NCBI GenBank assembly: GCA_024720975.1
Contig: JANJXX010000004.1
Coordinates: 32,517-96,516, forward strand
Reading direction: 5' to 3'
DNA: 64,000 bases
Origin: Thermoproteota archaeon
GTDB taxonomy: Archaea; Asgardarchaeota; Njordarchaeia; Njordarchaeales; Panguiarchaeaceae
The position numbers and the translations under genes were made by a program. This document shows positions 28,317 to 38,955 of the stretch, piece after piece. Position 1 is the first letter of the stretch. Every line of letters starts with the position of its first letter. Below the pieces are notes generated by a model, which saw nothing but the letters and a program-made list of their open reading frames with translations, did not search any database and was not told the origin of the DNA.

Positions 28317-31014
28317 CTAGGTTAACTCTCCTGCAGAAAACTTCTGGTACTATGAGGAAGCCTAGAGTTCCTACTGCTAATATAGCAATCCAATCTGCAA
28401 GTGTCGGTGGATTTAAGTGGAATGCTAATGCTATCGGCGGGACGTATACAATTAGTAGTGTCATTAAAAGGCTTAGAACTACAGCTGCAAGTAGCAAATT
28501 GTTTCCTCTAAAGCCTATTTTGAATACTGATTTGCTCTCGCTTCTCATGTTCCAGATCACTGAGAGCTCAAATAGCACTACCTGAAGAAAGATTATCGCT
28601 CGCACTCTATTTATGTCATTGATTCCAAGGATATTTGTGTAATAGAAGAACGTGAACAATGGCCCTGCCGTGAGTATGATTGTTGTCACTAAGATAAACA
28701 ATAATGATCCTGATAGTATGCCCTCACGCGGGTCTCTTGGAGGTCTTGACATAACATCTTCAAAGCTCGGATCCCAAGCAAGAGCCGTTGCTGGAGGACC
28801 ATCCGTAACGAGATTAATCCAGAGAATTAGTGCCGGTAGTAAGATTGGTTCTCTAAATAAGAGTACGCCGAGGGTTATTATGAGTACCTCTCCTATATTA
28901 CAAGAAAGTAAGAACCTTGCAAACGCCTTTATCTTGTCATAAACACCTCTTCCGAGCTCTATTGCGCGAACTATTGTTGCGAAGTTATCATCGAGCAGTA
29001 TCATATCTGCAGCCTCCTTGGAAACCTCCGTTCCCTTTATTCCCATTGCGACACCTATATGGGCCTCTTTCAATGCCGGCGCATCATTTACACCGTCCCC
29101 AGTAACTGCTACGATTTGACTTTTTCTCTTAAGGGCCCTAACCATTCTGAGCTTATGTTCTGGCATAGCTCTAGCCAGAACTCTCAGCTTGTCTGCAATT
29201 GATTGTAAGTCCTCATCAGAGAGTTTGTCTATGTCTTTACCCTGTAAAATTAATTCACCAGGTTTATACAAGCCTATTTGCTTGGATATAGCCTCTGCAG
29301 TTAATGCATGATCCCCAGTTATCATAATTACATTTATACCGGCTTTTTTGGCTTTTTTCGTGGCTTCGAATACTTCAGGTCTTGGTGGATCTATCATACC
29401 AAAGAGTCCTATGAAAATCAATTTGCTCTCTATTTCATCCTCAGATAGCTTATCAATTTCCATCCCAAAGTCTGATAGATCTCTATAAGCCACTGCTAAA
29501 ACTCTATATCCATCGGAAGCCAGATTGTTGACTATGCTTAGTATCTTCTGTTTTATTTCATCTGATAACGATAAAATGCCATTCTCTGTTTCAATGCCAA
29601 CACATCTATCAAGTATTATCTCGGGTGCTCCTTTGGATAATGCATATGGTTTCCCGTCAACAATATTTACGGTTGTCATTCTTTTGCGCTCGGATGAGAA
29701 GGGGATCTCTCTTATTCTTCTATAATGGGCCTCCAATCCAGATTTCAGGATTCCTGCTTTGGCTCCGGCCACAACTATCGCTAGCTCTGTAGGATCGCCA
29801 ATAAACTCTCTCTCATGTGCAACATTAGTGCATAGTACACCCGCCATCAGGAGCTTTGAAAGTAGCTTGTTTTCTTCGAGATTAACTTCTCTTTCCTCAA
29901 AGAGAATCTTCCCATCAAGATTATACCCAACACCTGAGACATCGTACATTTTATCATAGACATAGATCTTCTTTACTGTCATATCACCAGTTGTTATAGT
30001 TCCAGTTTTATCGGAGCATATCACCGTAACTGATCCTAGTGTTTCCGCAGCTAATAGATATTTCACTAAAGCATTATTTTTAGCGAGCTTTTTAGCTGCT
30101 ATTGCTAACGTAATCGTCAATATTGCCGGAAGACCTTCAGGAACTGCTGCTACTGCAAGACTTATTGCAATCATTGCACTTTCAACAATCGCTACTAATC
30201 CTTTTTCGAAAACTAGTAGCGTCATTAACCCTATGGCTAAGGCCACTACTATTAACGCTATCTTCCTCGCAAAATTTGATAGCTTAATTTTAAGAGGTGT
30301 TACCTCTTCTTCTGCAGCTTCAACTAATCTGGCTATTCTGCCAAATTCGGTATTAAGCCCTGTACCAATAACGATAGCCTTTCCATGACCCCTAACAACG
30401 GCAGTACCCATATAGACGATGTTCGTCCTATCTGGAATAGGCGTTTCAGGTGGAAGCACACCAGACGTCTTTGTTACTGGGAATGATTCTCCCGTAAGAG
30501 GTGCCTCGTTTGTCCTTAGCTCCGAGACCTCTATTAGACGGGCGTCTGCAGGAACGACATCACCCTCCTCAAGTAGAATTATATCGCCAGGGACGAGCTC
30601 CCTTGCGAATACTTCAAAAATTTTTCCATTTCTCATAACGCGTGCTTTTGGTGCTGCATACTGTCTGAGTTTTTCGAGGATATTTTCAGCTTTATACTCT
30701 TGATGCACACTAACGGCTACATTAATGACTACTATTGCAAGTATAACTACGGAATCCACTACAGACTTTTCTATGAAGAGTGATATTAAACATGCTGCTA
30801 TCAACATAAGAACGAAAATATCTTTAATTTGCTCAAGTAGCATCTCCCATATAGCTTTCCTTTTCTTCACCGGAAGCTCATTATACCCATAAATCTTGAG
30901 CCTCTCCTTGGCTTCATCTATGGAGAGACCGTATTCTATATCTACTTTAAGTTCCTCAGCTACTTGCTTTACATCTAAGGCGTGCCAATTTTTCTCCATA
31001 CGGCTTCCCACCAA
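28303..31014 (-). CDS. P-type IIA (Ca2+-transporting) ATPase
   Basis: TGES, PEGL, DKTGT, KGAPE, TGD, GDGVND, 'WINLVTDG'. Confidence 0.95.
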   Translation of the reverse strand: MVGSRMEKNWHALDVKQVAEELKVDIEYGLSIDEAKERLKIYGYNELPVKKRKAIWEMLLEQIKDIFVLMLIAACLISLFIEKSVVDSVVILAIVVINVAVSVHQEYKAENILEKLRQYAAPKARVMRNGKIFEVFARELVPGDIILLEEGDVVPADARLIEVSELRTNEAPLTGESFPVTKTSGVLPPETPIPDRTNIVYMGTAVVRGHGKAIVIGTGLNTEFGRIARLVEAAEEEVTPLKIKLSNFARKIALIVVALAIGLMTLLVFEKGLVAIVESAMIAISLAVAAVPEGLPAILTITLAIAAKKLAKNNALVKYLLAAETLGSVTVICSDKTGTITTGDMTVKKIYVYDKMYDVSGVGYNLDGKILFEEREVNLEENKLLSKLLMAGVLCTNVAHEREFIGDPTELAIVVAGAKAGILKSGLEAHYRRIREIPFSSERKRMTTVNIVDGKPYALSKGAPEIILDRCVGIETENGILSLSDEIKQKILSIVNNLASDGYRVLAVAYRDLSDFGMEIDKLSEDEIESKLIFIGLFGMIDPPRPEVFEATKKAKKAGINVIMITGDHALTAEAISKQIGLYKPGELILQGKDIDKLSDEDLQSIADKLRVLARAMPEHKLRMVRALKRKSQIVAVTGDGVNDAPALKEAHIGVAMGIKGTEVSKEAADMILLDDNFATIVRAIELGRGVYDKIKAFARFLLSCNIGEVLIITLGVLLFREPILLPALILWINLVTDGPPATALAWDPSFEDVMSRPPRDPREGILSGSLLFILVTTIILTAGPLFTFFYYTNILGINDINRVRAIIFLQVVLFELSVIWNMRSESKSVFKIGFRGNNLLLAAVVLSLLMTLLIVYVPPIALAFHLNPPTLADWIAILAVGTLGFLIVPEVFCRRVNLVKAL

Positions 31015-31078
31015 GCGCCATCAACAATCTTAAAATACGACAAATTTTGCCAAATTTTAATGCAATGTATTTAATGGA

Positions 31079-32008
31079 TTACCTATTATTTAACGCCTCT
31101 AGAATTTGCGTTATGGATGCGAATTCTTTAGGTATTCTAGCCCTCACAGTTTTAACAACATTAACCACTTGACTTACTTGCAGATCAACTATCAAGCCCG
31201 CTATCATATATGCATCTTCAAATTCCAAGGAAAGACTGCATGATATTGCCCTTGCAGCTGCATTAGAAGCCTCGTAGAAGGCTTCTTCTAGACTTTCTTT
31301 AGACACAATTATGTAAATCGCATCCTCAGCTTCAATAATTGGCCACTGTACGGAGCACCCCTTAATGACATCCACACGGACAACAACCTCTCCCGACACC
31401 TCACACCCAGTCGCACACATTTCCCCATCAGCCATGACGGCATGAACATCACCTACAGCAAGCAAGCCACCCTCTTTGAAAACAGGAAGATACACTGCCG
31501 TTCCCCTTGTTATAAGTTTAGTATCCATATTACCACCATGCACGCCGGGAATTGTTGAAGGCACTTTCTTACTATATGCGACTCCTATAACCCCCACCAT
31601 AGGCTTGTAAGGCAACCTTATCTTCACAGGGCGCGAAGAGTCCTTTACTGTAAAATAGACGAAACCATCCTCAATCCTACAGATTCTTATTCGCTCATCC
31701 CTTAACTTATCCCCAAGAAGACCAAAACCTGGCAATGCCACTACTACACCAGTTTTAGACACTCTAATGTCAAGAATTTCTATTTTGAGCGTATCTCCTG
31801 GCTCTGCACCCTCTATAAATACTGGACCCGTTGCTGGATTTGCTCGCGTTAAGTCTATATTCGCAATCGATTGAATCTCTGAGGTTAATTGACCTGCAAA
31901 ACAGTCTAGTGTTTCAAAGCATATTATATCACCAGGTTTTGCATAAGCTACTGGTTCTAGGTCAGGACCAAAGCTAAATATATGCTTGTCTGAACTGACA
32001 AATATCAA
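31079..32008 (-). CDS. acetamidase/formamidase family protein
   Basis: 'NPATGPV.IEGAEPGD', 'HGGNMD', 'GDVHAVMADGE'. Confidence 0.92.
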   Translation of the reverse strand: MIFVSSDKHIFSFGPDLEPVAYAKPGDIICFETLDCFAGQLTSEIQSIANIDLTRANPATGPVFIEGAEPGDTLKIEILDIRVSKTGVVVALPGFGLLGDKLRDERIRICRIEDGFVYFTVKDSSRPVKIRLPYKPMVGVIGVAYSKKVPSTIPGVHGGNMDTKLITRGTAVYLPVFKEGGLLAVGDVHAVMADGEMCATGCEVSGEVVVRVDVIKGCSVQWPIIEAEDAIYIIVSKESLEEAFYEASNAAARAISCSLSLEFEDAYMIAGLIVDLQVSQVVNVVKTVRARIPKEFASITQILEALNNR

Positions 32009-32172
32009 TTCAGATCACTGTTGAAAATATCACTTAAAGTACTGGATAAGCGTAACTATTAAAGAGCCAGAAGCTTCTAATGACTTTTCGTGACAGCATT
32101 AGTTTTCCTGTACAATTAAAAGAATAAATTACGGACTTTATGTGATAAAACAACGAAATTAGGGGTCTTGAT

Positions 32173-32958
32173 TTGTCAAATAATGCACTAGTCCGCGTAA
32201 AAGACCTCGTGAAATACTATGGTGAAGTGAAAGCCCTAGATGGTGTGTCCTTCGAAGTGTATTCTGGAGAGATTTACGGCTTGCTGGGTCCAAATGGAGC
32301 TGGTAAGACAACAACATTGAAAATAATAGCAGGTATGCTCAAACCAACGCAGGGCCATGTTGAGGTTATGGGGATCTCTCCTATACACAATCCAACTGAG
32401 GTTAAGAGGATTATCGGTTATGTGCCTGAGGAGATTTCACTTTACGAATCACTTAGCATAATAGAATTTCTTGAGTTTATTGCCTCGGTTAGAAAGCTAA
32501 GTCCCTCTGTTTGGACATACGTATTCACACTAATGAGATCATTTGATATACTTAAATACAGCAGGACGCCCATAGGCGCCTTGTCTTACGGAACTAAGCA
32601 GAAAGTTGCCATAATAGCAGCTCTTATGCATAAGCCTAAGATTTTGATCTTGGACGAACCACTGCGAGGACTTGATGCAAAATCTGCTAAGATTTTGAAG
32701 GAGCTCATGAATCTCCATATACAGAGCGGAGGTGCAATAATACTCTCGACGCATATTATGGACTTAGCTGAGCACCTGTGCACGCGTGTAGGAATAATTC
32801 ATAAGGGGAAGATCATTGCTGAAGGCTCTATTAGTGATTTAAAGAGACTTGCAGATGCGCCCCAAGGGACGTTGGAAGAAATTTTCCTTGAGCTTATCAG
32901 GGAAAGAGAAGAAGTCGCTCACATTATCGAGACTATAAAGAGGGGACTTTCTGAATGA
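32173..32958 (+). CDS. ABC transporter ATP-binding protein
   Basis: GPNGAGKTT, 'LSYG', 'LILDEP', H-loop. Confidence 0.95.
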   Translation: MSNNALVRVKDLVKYYGEVKALDGVSFEVYSGEIYGLLGPNGAGKTTTLKIIAGMLKPTQGHVEVMGISPIHNPTEVKRIIGYVPEEISLYESLSIIEFLEFIASVRKLSPSVWTYVFTLMRSFDILKYSRTPIGALSYGTKQKVAIIAALMHKPKILILDEPLRGLDAKSAKILKELMNLHIQSGGAIILSTHIMDLAEHLCTRVGIIHKGKIIAEGSISDLKRLADAPQGTLEEIFLELIREREEVAHIIETIKRGLSE

Positions 32959-34607
32959 GGAGGCTCAAGGAGCTTAGAAAGATTTCAAAGATTTTGTATA
33001 GAGAAGTAGCTTTTAGGTTCCTCCTACTGCAAGCTTCCTATGTTCCTCTCGACTACTATGAGCAGCATGAGCAGCCAGCCCCAACACGAAAGCTCTCAAT
33101 CCACGAACTTCCGAAAAAAGTTGAAAAATTATTCACGAGACTATTTGCGTTTTTTAAAATTCTCACGCTTATAGCACTTATGTTAGTGATTGTTTCAAGT
33201 ACTATCTACATTATGTCTCTTCCTGCTCAAGCACATACCTGGGAACACACAATAATACTTTCGTCAGTATTTCTCTTGGCGATGTTCGCTAAGGCATTTA
33301 TACTGTTCTTCTTGACAATACCTCAAGCAGCGGTGCTATACCATCCTAAAATCTATCAGCCTTTGCTGATACTAGATCTCAGTGATAGAGAAATAGCTAC
33401 GATCATGGCCTTGACATTTTGGAGAATGTTTAACACATGCCTTATTGGTTCCATTGCAATTAGCTTAATTGCTTTCCTGGTACTGGGGAACATACTGGCT
33501 GGAGTTCTGTACATAACCTTTTTAACAGCCACATACGTACTGGTACTTTGGCTCGTTAATGCGATCCCCGCGAGACATCTACAGTTTTATGCACCAACAA
33601 AAACTAAAGCCCAACAGACTCTGAAAATTCTATTAATCCTAGGTTACACAGTAGTACTTTCCTTTTTCTTCCTAATTCCATACACAATCTTCAATGTGCT
33701 ATCGACAGTCACTAGCGCATTCTTAGCAATACCAGAGGCTTACCAAAAGTTAATCGTCTGCATACCACCCTTATCATCAACTTATCTGGTTGCCCTAGTA
33801 TACTTAAAGGAAGCTAGCTTAGAAAGCTTCATCTTCCCATCTATCTCCGCGATATTTTACCTGCTACTATCTGCTTATAGCTTTAGGTCACTTCTTCGCA
33901 CATTTGCTAGCATACCATACATGTCGATTCCCACAACAATTCACACAGAGACTGTACCAACAGCTATAAAAACAAGGCCATCCCTTTTAGGACACATTAC
34001 AAAAGACCTCAAACTTATACTCAGAGACCCAAGCCATGCAGTTACGTTCTTCCTTGGCCCAGTATCCGCAATAATCTTTAGTCAGATACGTTCACTGTTT
34101 CAGTACCCATCTGCATGGTTTTATATTATGGCGTTTATTATAGCCACGTCTATACGCACACTCTCTGTCAGTCTGCTTACAGTCGAAAAGGAAGGGCTAA
34201 GATTCTTACTAAGTCTCCCAGTCAGCTATCATGACATAGCAAAAAGTAAAGCATTCGTAGCAGTGTTATCCTACATAATTCTTGCACTCTCAGCAACAGC
34301 TGTCTTTGCTATACTCCAGCAATCATACTTTATTCTTGGAGTCGGACTCTTATTAAACTCCGTCGGCATTTTCACTTACAGCTATAAAATCCTTAGAAAA
34401 GCCATAAACTACACACTAGAAACCAGAAAACTAATCCTGAACGAAGCAAAACTATTCTCCTCATCATACTTAATGGCATTAGAGATGCTCTTTATAGTCA
34501 TTCCAGTAATAGTGATATGTGCAGGCATAGAGTTTGGCTTCTTATACTATGCTCTTGCGATAGTTCTAGCACTTCAGGCAATATTTTTTGTGATGTACAA
34601 ACTTTGA
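32955..34607 (+). CDS. ABC-2-type permease
   Basis: Overlaps the ATPase stop, 12-14 TMs, 'KDLKLILRDP', 'LLSLPVS'. Confidence 0.8.
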   Translation: MRRLKELRKISKILYREVAFRFLLLQASYVPLDYYEQHEQPAPTRKLSIHELPKKVEKLFTRLFAFFKILTLIALMLVIVSSTIYIMSLPAQAHTWEHTIILSSVFLLAMFAKAFILFFLTIPQAAVLYHPKIYQPLLILDLSDREIATIMALTFWRMFNTCLIGSIAISLIAFLVLGNILAGVLYITFLTATYVLVLWLVNAIPARHLQFYAPTKTKAQQTLKILLILGYTVVLSFFFLIPYTIFNVLSTVTSAFLAIPEAYQKLIVCIPPLSSTYLVALVYLKEASLESFIFPSISAIFYLLLSAYSFRSLLRTFASIPYMSIPTTIHTETVPTAIKTRPSLLGHITKDLKLILRDPSHAVTFFLGPVSAIIFSQIRSLFQYPSAWFYIMAFIIATSIRTLSVSLLTVEKEGLRFLLSLPVSYHDIAKSKAFVAVLSYIILALSATAVFAILQQSYFILGVGLLLNSVGIFTYSYKILRKAINYTLETRKLILNEAKLFSSSYLMALEMLFIVIPVIVICAGIEFGFLYYALAIVLALQAIFFVMYKL

Positions 34608-34813
34608 AGCACTCTTACCGATTTGAGTCCCTCATAATGGCCTTAACACGATTTTAACAGCATAATACGCATCCACTCAACTCTTGAATGCATGATGACG
34701 AAATTATCTAGGGCACGAGGTCACTCCACACCTAGCAAGTATATACATTGCTTTATAAATAGTCGTTTATAATAGGAAAACCTTTAACGAAGATCTTGAT
34801 TGGTGATCTTTAA

Positions 34814-35122
34814 ATGCGAGTGTATAGAGTTAGGGACAAATATAGTTTAATAAAAGTTCTCGATCCATACTCCATAATGACTCTGTTGGCCCTGAGGGAT
34901 GCACAAAGAGCAAATGCTGGTGATATAAATAGGTATTGTTTTAAGTATGGCTCTCCTCAACCAAGGACTACAACAAGAAAACTGGCGGATTTTAAGAAAT
35001 ATGGTCTTGTGGAGGAGGAAGTCGTCCAGAAGGGAGGATTTATCGTAGAAAAGATTTACAGATTAAGTGAAAAAGGCAAAAAACTAGCAGATGTTATAGC
35101 AGAGCTCCTAGGGGAGGAATAG
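34814..35122 (+). CDS. winged-helix transcriptional regulator (HxlR/MarR-like)
   Basis: 'TRKLADFKKYGLVEE...YRLSEKGKKLA'. GGTGA RBS. Confidence 0.8.
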   Translation: MRVYRVRDKYSLIKVLDPYSIMTLLALRDAQRANAGDINRYCFKYGSPQPRTTTRKLADFKKYGLVEEEVVQKGGFIVEKIYRLSEKGKKLADVIAELLGEE

Positions 35123-35285
35123 AAGCTTCAAAAACTCACCTGCAGGGAACTCATCGATATTTTTTATTCTTGTTGAATATCATTTTTCCTTGAAACGTTT
35201 AGAATTGACTTCATGATTGCTTTTTGGCCAATAGCAATGCAATTTTTAATGCTACTTAACGCTTTGCATATGACTTGGGATTCCC

Positions 35286-36230
35286 ATGAAAGAACACGCT
35301 GACTCTACTACTCTCTTTGCAAGGTTTTTTCCTGATGAAAATGCAATATTACAAGTTGCAAGAGTCATCTCTGGAATTCGTTTAGTAAGAGACTCGTATG
35401 ATGATCCGCGTCTGTTTCCTCCAAGGAATGCTCCCATAGAGTACCAATTTGGATATTTCGCTGCTATGGTTGCTATTGATCATAGAACAGGAACTCCACT
35501 GGATTCCTTCGAGGGATATGTCGAAGGTGAATTCTTCCATGGGTCTGATCTCTTATACCGCTTAGGAATGCTTATCTTTTATGAGGATCCGGAGTTCTTC
35601 TCTCCAGTTAGGCTTAGCAATTTAACGTACAATGACGCTAGGAGACTACTAGAGTTCAATGGAAAAGTTCTGTGGGATTATCATGTAAGAACATTTTTAC
35701 TACGCGATTTAGGATTAAAGACGGTTAAATTCTATGGCTCATTTGAGAACTTGCTGAATGTTGAGAGTATTTCAGAGTTAATTCGTAGATTAAGGTTATT
35801 CAGAGCACATGAGGATCCTGTTGCAAAGAAGTCTTACCTCTTAGCTAAGTTTCTTGAAGGCAGAGAGTTAGCTAATTTTAGAGATAGAGATAATGCCGAG
35901 GTCCCAGTAGATAATCACATATCGAGACTAGCAATAAGACTCGGTATTATTAAATTTTCGAACTATGAGCACATTGAGAGTCAGATCGAGGTACCTAGGA
36001 AGTATGATGTTAGACTAAGACTAGAGATAAGGAAAGCATGGAGAAAAGTTTCGATGCTATCGAAGGTTGATCCCTTTACTTTGGATGACTTCTTGTGGAG
36101 CTTAGGAAGGAAAGTTTGCAGACAGAGTAAACCATTGTGCGAAAGCTGTCCATTTAATAAGATTTGCCTCGCTAGGATCTCTGGTAAGTTTTGGCTCGAA
36201 CACTGCCACACACTAACATGGTACTATTAA
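35286..36230 (+). CDS. HhH-GPD-like glycosylase with C-terminal [4Fe-4S] loop (possibly queuosine-salvage-related fold)
   Basis: 'DPVAKKSYL', 'VPVDNHISR', 'CRQSKPLCESCPFNKIC'. Confidence 0.65.
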   Translation: MKEHADSTTLFARFFPDENAILQVARVISGIRLVRDSYDDPRLFPPRNAPIEYQFGYFAAMVAIDHRTGTPLDSFEGYVEGEFFHGSDLLYRLGMLIFYEDPEFFSPVRLSNLTYNDARRLLEFNGKVLWDYHVRTFLLRDLGLKTVKFYGSFENLLNVESISELIRRLRLFRAHEDPVAKKSYLLAKFLEGRELANFRDRDNAEVPVDNHISRLAIRLGIIKFSNYEHIESQIEVPRKYDVRLRLEIRKAWRKVSMLSKVDPFTLDDFLWSLGRKVCRQSKPLCESCPFNKICLARISGKFWLEHCHTLTWYY

Positions 36231-36285
36231 TTCTTTCCTCTATAACTGTATTACATTATTAGTCATGAATTAGATGGTGTAGCTT

Positions 36286-36831
36286 ATGCATAATTTCATC
36301 GAAACTCTTGGAGAGGAGCTTGTCTGGGAGGGCAGGAAAATAAGACTAAAGAAACTTAAGCTAAAAATTAGGGGCAGTGAGACTTTTCATGAGATCGTAG
36401 ATTTTGGAGAGAGTGTTTCCATACTACCCTTCAAAGATGATAAAACTGTTATTCTGGAAAAGCAATTTAGGGGACCTATACGAGGATGGCTACTTGAAAT
36501 ACCCGCCGGAAGAATAAGAAGGGGAGAGGAGATAAAGGAAGCTGCGAATAGAGAACTAAGGGAGGAGACCGGATATGTTGCTGGGCAATTTGATTACCTC
36601 GGCTCATTCATTCTGACTCCTGGCTATAGTAACGAGAAGATACACCTGCTTGTAGCTAGGGAGTTAAAGTACGTGGGGCGGGAATTGGAAGAGCATGAGG
36701 CTATAGAGGTTGTTGAGATGCCCTATAGGGAGCTTTTAAATATGATTTTGTGCGGGAAAATTTCCGATGCAAAGACGGTGCTAGCTGTTTTGATTTATGA
36801 GATGCGAAAAATCCTGGTATGTGAGGGCTAA
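36286..36831 (+). CDS. NUDIX hydrolase (ADP-ribose pyrophosphatase-like)
   Basis: Nudix box 'GRIRRGEEIKEAANRELREETGY', 'PGYSNE', 'DAKT'. Confidence 0.92.
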   Translation: MHNFIETLGEELVWEGRKIRLKKLKLKIRGSETFHEIVDFGESVSILPFKDDKTVILEKQFRGPIRGWLLEIPAGRIRRGEEIKEAANRELREETGYVAGQFDYLGSFILTPGYSNEKIHLLVARELKYVGRELEEHEAIEVVEMPYRELLNMILCGKISDAKTVLAVLIYEMRKILVCEG

Positions 36832-36832
36832 T

Positions 36833-37459
36833 ATGACCAGGAAGATAGCCTTTATATCAACTGTTTCCATTAAGCTACCAAGAGAAGCTGAGAGTGAGAT
36901 AGAAATTCAAAAGGATGATATTTCCATTGAATATAAGCACCCTGTGCTGTATGTTACAAAGTATACGAAGAACGATAAGGATTATATCAACATTTATTGC
37001 GGAGAGAAAACGTATGTATTAATGAAGATCAGAGAACATACCCTGAACGCTATCATTCCAGTACTAAAGAGCGTTCTTCAAAAGTACTTAGATGGAAAGC
37101 TCGTTGAAGAGCTCGAGGCTGAGATTCGATTATACTGTTTAATGTCGAACATAATCAACGAAATATTTAACAAAACCTTGAGAGATTCTATAGAAAGCTT
37201 TAAAGCATACCTGCCTATACTATTAAACTTTGACCCATTGTTAAGAAGGGAACTCATAGAGCCGCTTGCTAAAAGCATAGCTAAAGTAACCTTAAGGGAG
37301 AATATAAGAGAGTACTATTTAAAGCTTCCAGGAGACATCTTGAGCAGGTTAAGTTTTAAGAGCTTCAGTGAAATAATGATGAGCGAAATTCCTCTTGAAA
37401 GTATTGTGAATGGGATCCTCAGCTCACTTAAATCAAAAGATCCATTCGCCGATACATAG
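36833..37459 (+). CDS. hypothetical protein
   Basis: ATG directly after the NUDIX stop. No motif recognised. Confidence 0.6.
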   Translation: MTRKIAFISTVSIKLPREAESEIEIQKDDISIEYKHPVLYVTKYTKNDKDYINIYCGEKTYVLMKIREHTLNAIIPVLKSVLQKYLDGKLVEELEAEIRLYCLMSNIINEIFNKTLRDSIESFKAYLPILLNFDPLLRRELIEPLAKSIAKVTLRENIREYYLKLPGDILSRLSFKSFSEIMMSEIPLESIVNGILSSLKSKDPFADT

Positions 37460-37519
37460 ATCTCAATTCAAAAGAATAGAATAACTTCAGTAACTCTGAC
37501 CCTTGGCAGTTTATTTATC

Positions 37520-38740
37520 CTAGAACTCTACCTCAGACAAGGCTAGCTTGATTATAAATTTCTTAAGATCGAATATTCTTGCTAAGCTGACGGATTCGTC
37601 TACTCCATGAATTCTAGATTTTTCATCCCAAACTCCAAAGGATATTATCGGGATTTTAAAGTCTTTGAACCATCCACCGTCATTTCCACCAAGCATTCCT
37701 GTTATTGGTAGAGACTTATTAGTGACTTCCTCCAGTATTTCATGAGAGCGTCTCACAAATGGATGCTCCTCTGCTGTCATCCAACCAGGAAAGGCTCTTA
37801 GTATCCTTAAATGGGCATCATATATGCCGGTTCTATATTTCACCATTTCAAAGAATGCTTTCAGCTCAACTAAGGCATCCTCCACGTTCTCTTCTGGTAT
37901 TAGACGCATATCAAATCCTATTACAACCTCATCAGGAACTATATTGTAAGCCTGATTTGGCGTGTTTACTTTCGTTATAGAGAATCTACCCCAGAGACGC
38001 GGAATTGGACATTCTGAAGTCTTTACCCTGCTCAACTTTTGACTACGTATAGTTGTAAAATTAAGCATTTCATTCAAAAGTGTTATAGCTTTGTGCACGG
38101 CATTTTCTGTACCAAATATGTATCCTGCATGTCCTTGAATGCCTTTGACTACTATATCTCCGTGAACAATTCCACTAGCACCAACAACAAGACTCTTAGA
38201 AGAGGAATCTGCGACAAGTAACGCATCTAAATCTACAAGTCTATTCCTCGCAATGTAGCCTGCCCCAAATTCGCCTCCTATTTCTTCATCGGGGGTAATA
38301 ATCAGAGCAACATTCCACTTAGGCTCTAGATCCTTCTCGATCATCTCCTTAATAGCACCAATTGATGCTACAATACAGCCTTTATCATCAGCAGCTCCAC
38401 GACCATAAAGTCTAATTTCACCGCCCTCTTCGACTACTGTTAGCTCGAATGGTTCATACCTCCAAGCCCCTCCTATGTCCACGACGTCGTAATGCGTAAG
38501 AACTCCAAAAGTCTTCTCAGAGCCAGAATCGAGAACCCCTACAATGCATGGGCGGGGGATACCATCTTTTGCTTCTACACTTCCATCAAAAACATTAACT
38601 TTGAGTCCGAGTTTTCTTAGCTCCTCCTCTATCACGCCAGCTATTTTTTTGTAGTCGTCTCCTCTTCCAATTATGCTTTTAATCCTTATGAGACGATCTA
38701 AGAGTTCTACTTCGTATATCTCTTTAAACTTGGAAATCAT
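37520..38740 (-). CDS. M20 metallohydrolase (ArgE/DapE-like)
   Basis: 'HYDVV', 'YGRGAADDKG', 'DEEIGG', 'GHAG', 'HGVDE'. Confidence 0.92.
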   Translation of the reverse strand: MISKFKEIYEVELLDRLIRIKSIIGRGDDYKKIAGVIEEELRKLGLKVNVFDGSVEAKDGIPRPCIVGVLDSGSEKTFGVLTHYDVVDIGGAWRYEPFELTVVEEGGEIRLYGRGAADDKGCIVASIGAIKEMIEKDLEPKWNVALIITPDEEIGGEFGAGYIARNRLVDLDALLVADSSSKSLVVGASGIVHGDIVVKGIQGHAGYIFGTENAVHKAITLLNEMLNFTTIRSQKLSRVKTSECPIPRLWGRFSITKVNTPNQAYNIVPDEVVIGFDMRLIPEENVEDALVELKAFFEMVKYRTGIYDAHLRILRAFPGWMTAEEHPFVRRSHEILEEVTNKSLPITGMLGGNDGGWFKDFKIPIISFGVWDEKSRIHGVDESVSLARIFDLKKFIIKLALSEVEF

Positions 38741-38955
38741 CTAAGGCACCCCATAGTTGAAGGTTATAGTAAAAGTTCTATAAGAGTCCATAGTTGCAGC
38801 TTATTGTTCTACTAGCTGTTTAAGAGGTAGCTTTAATAATTCGGAGAGCTTTCTTTGTAAATGGTGTCATTCACGCTAAAGAATGTGCCAAGCAACAACA
38901 TTCCTCGCTTTTTTTACTTCGCATTTTTAGAGGAGAACCTTAAGGGGGAGAAATC

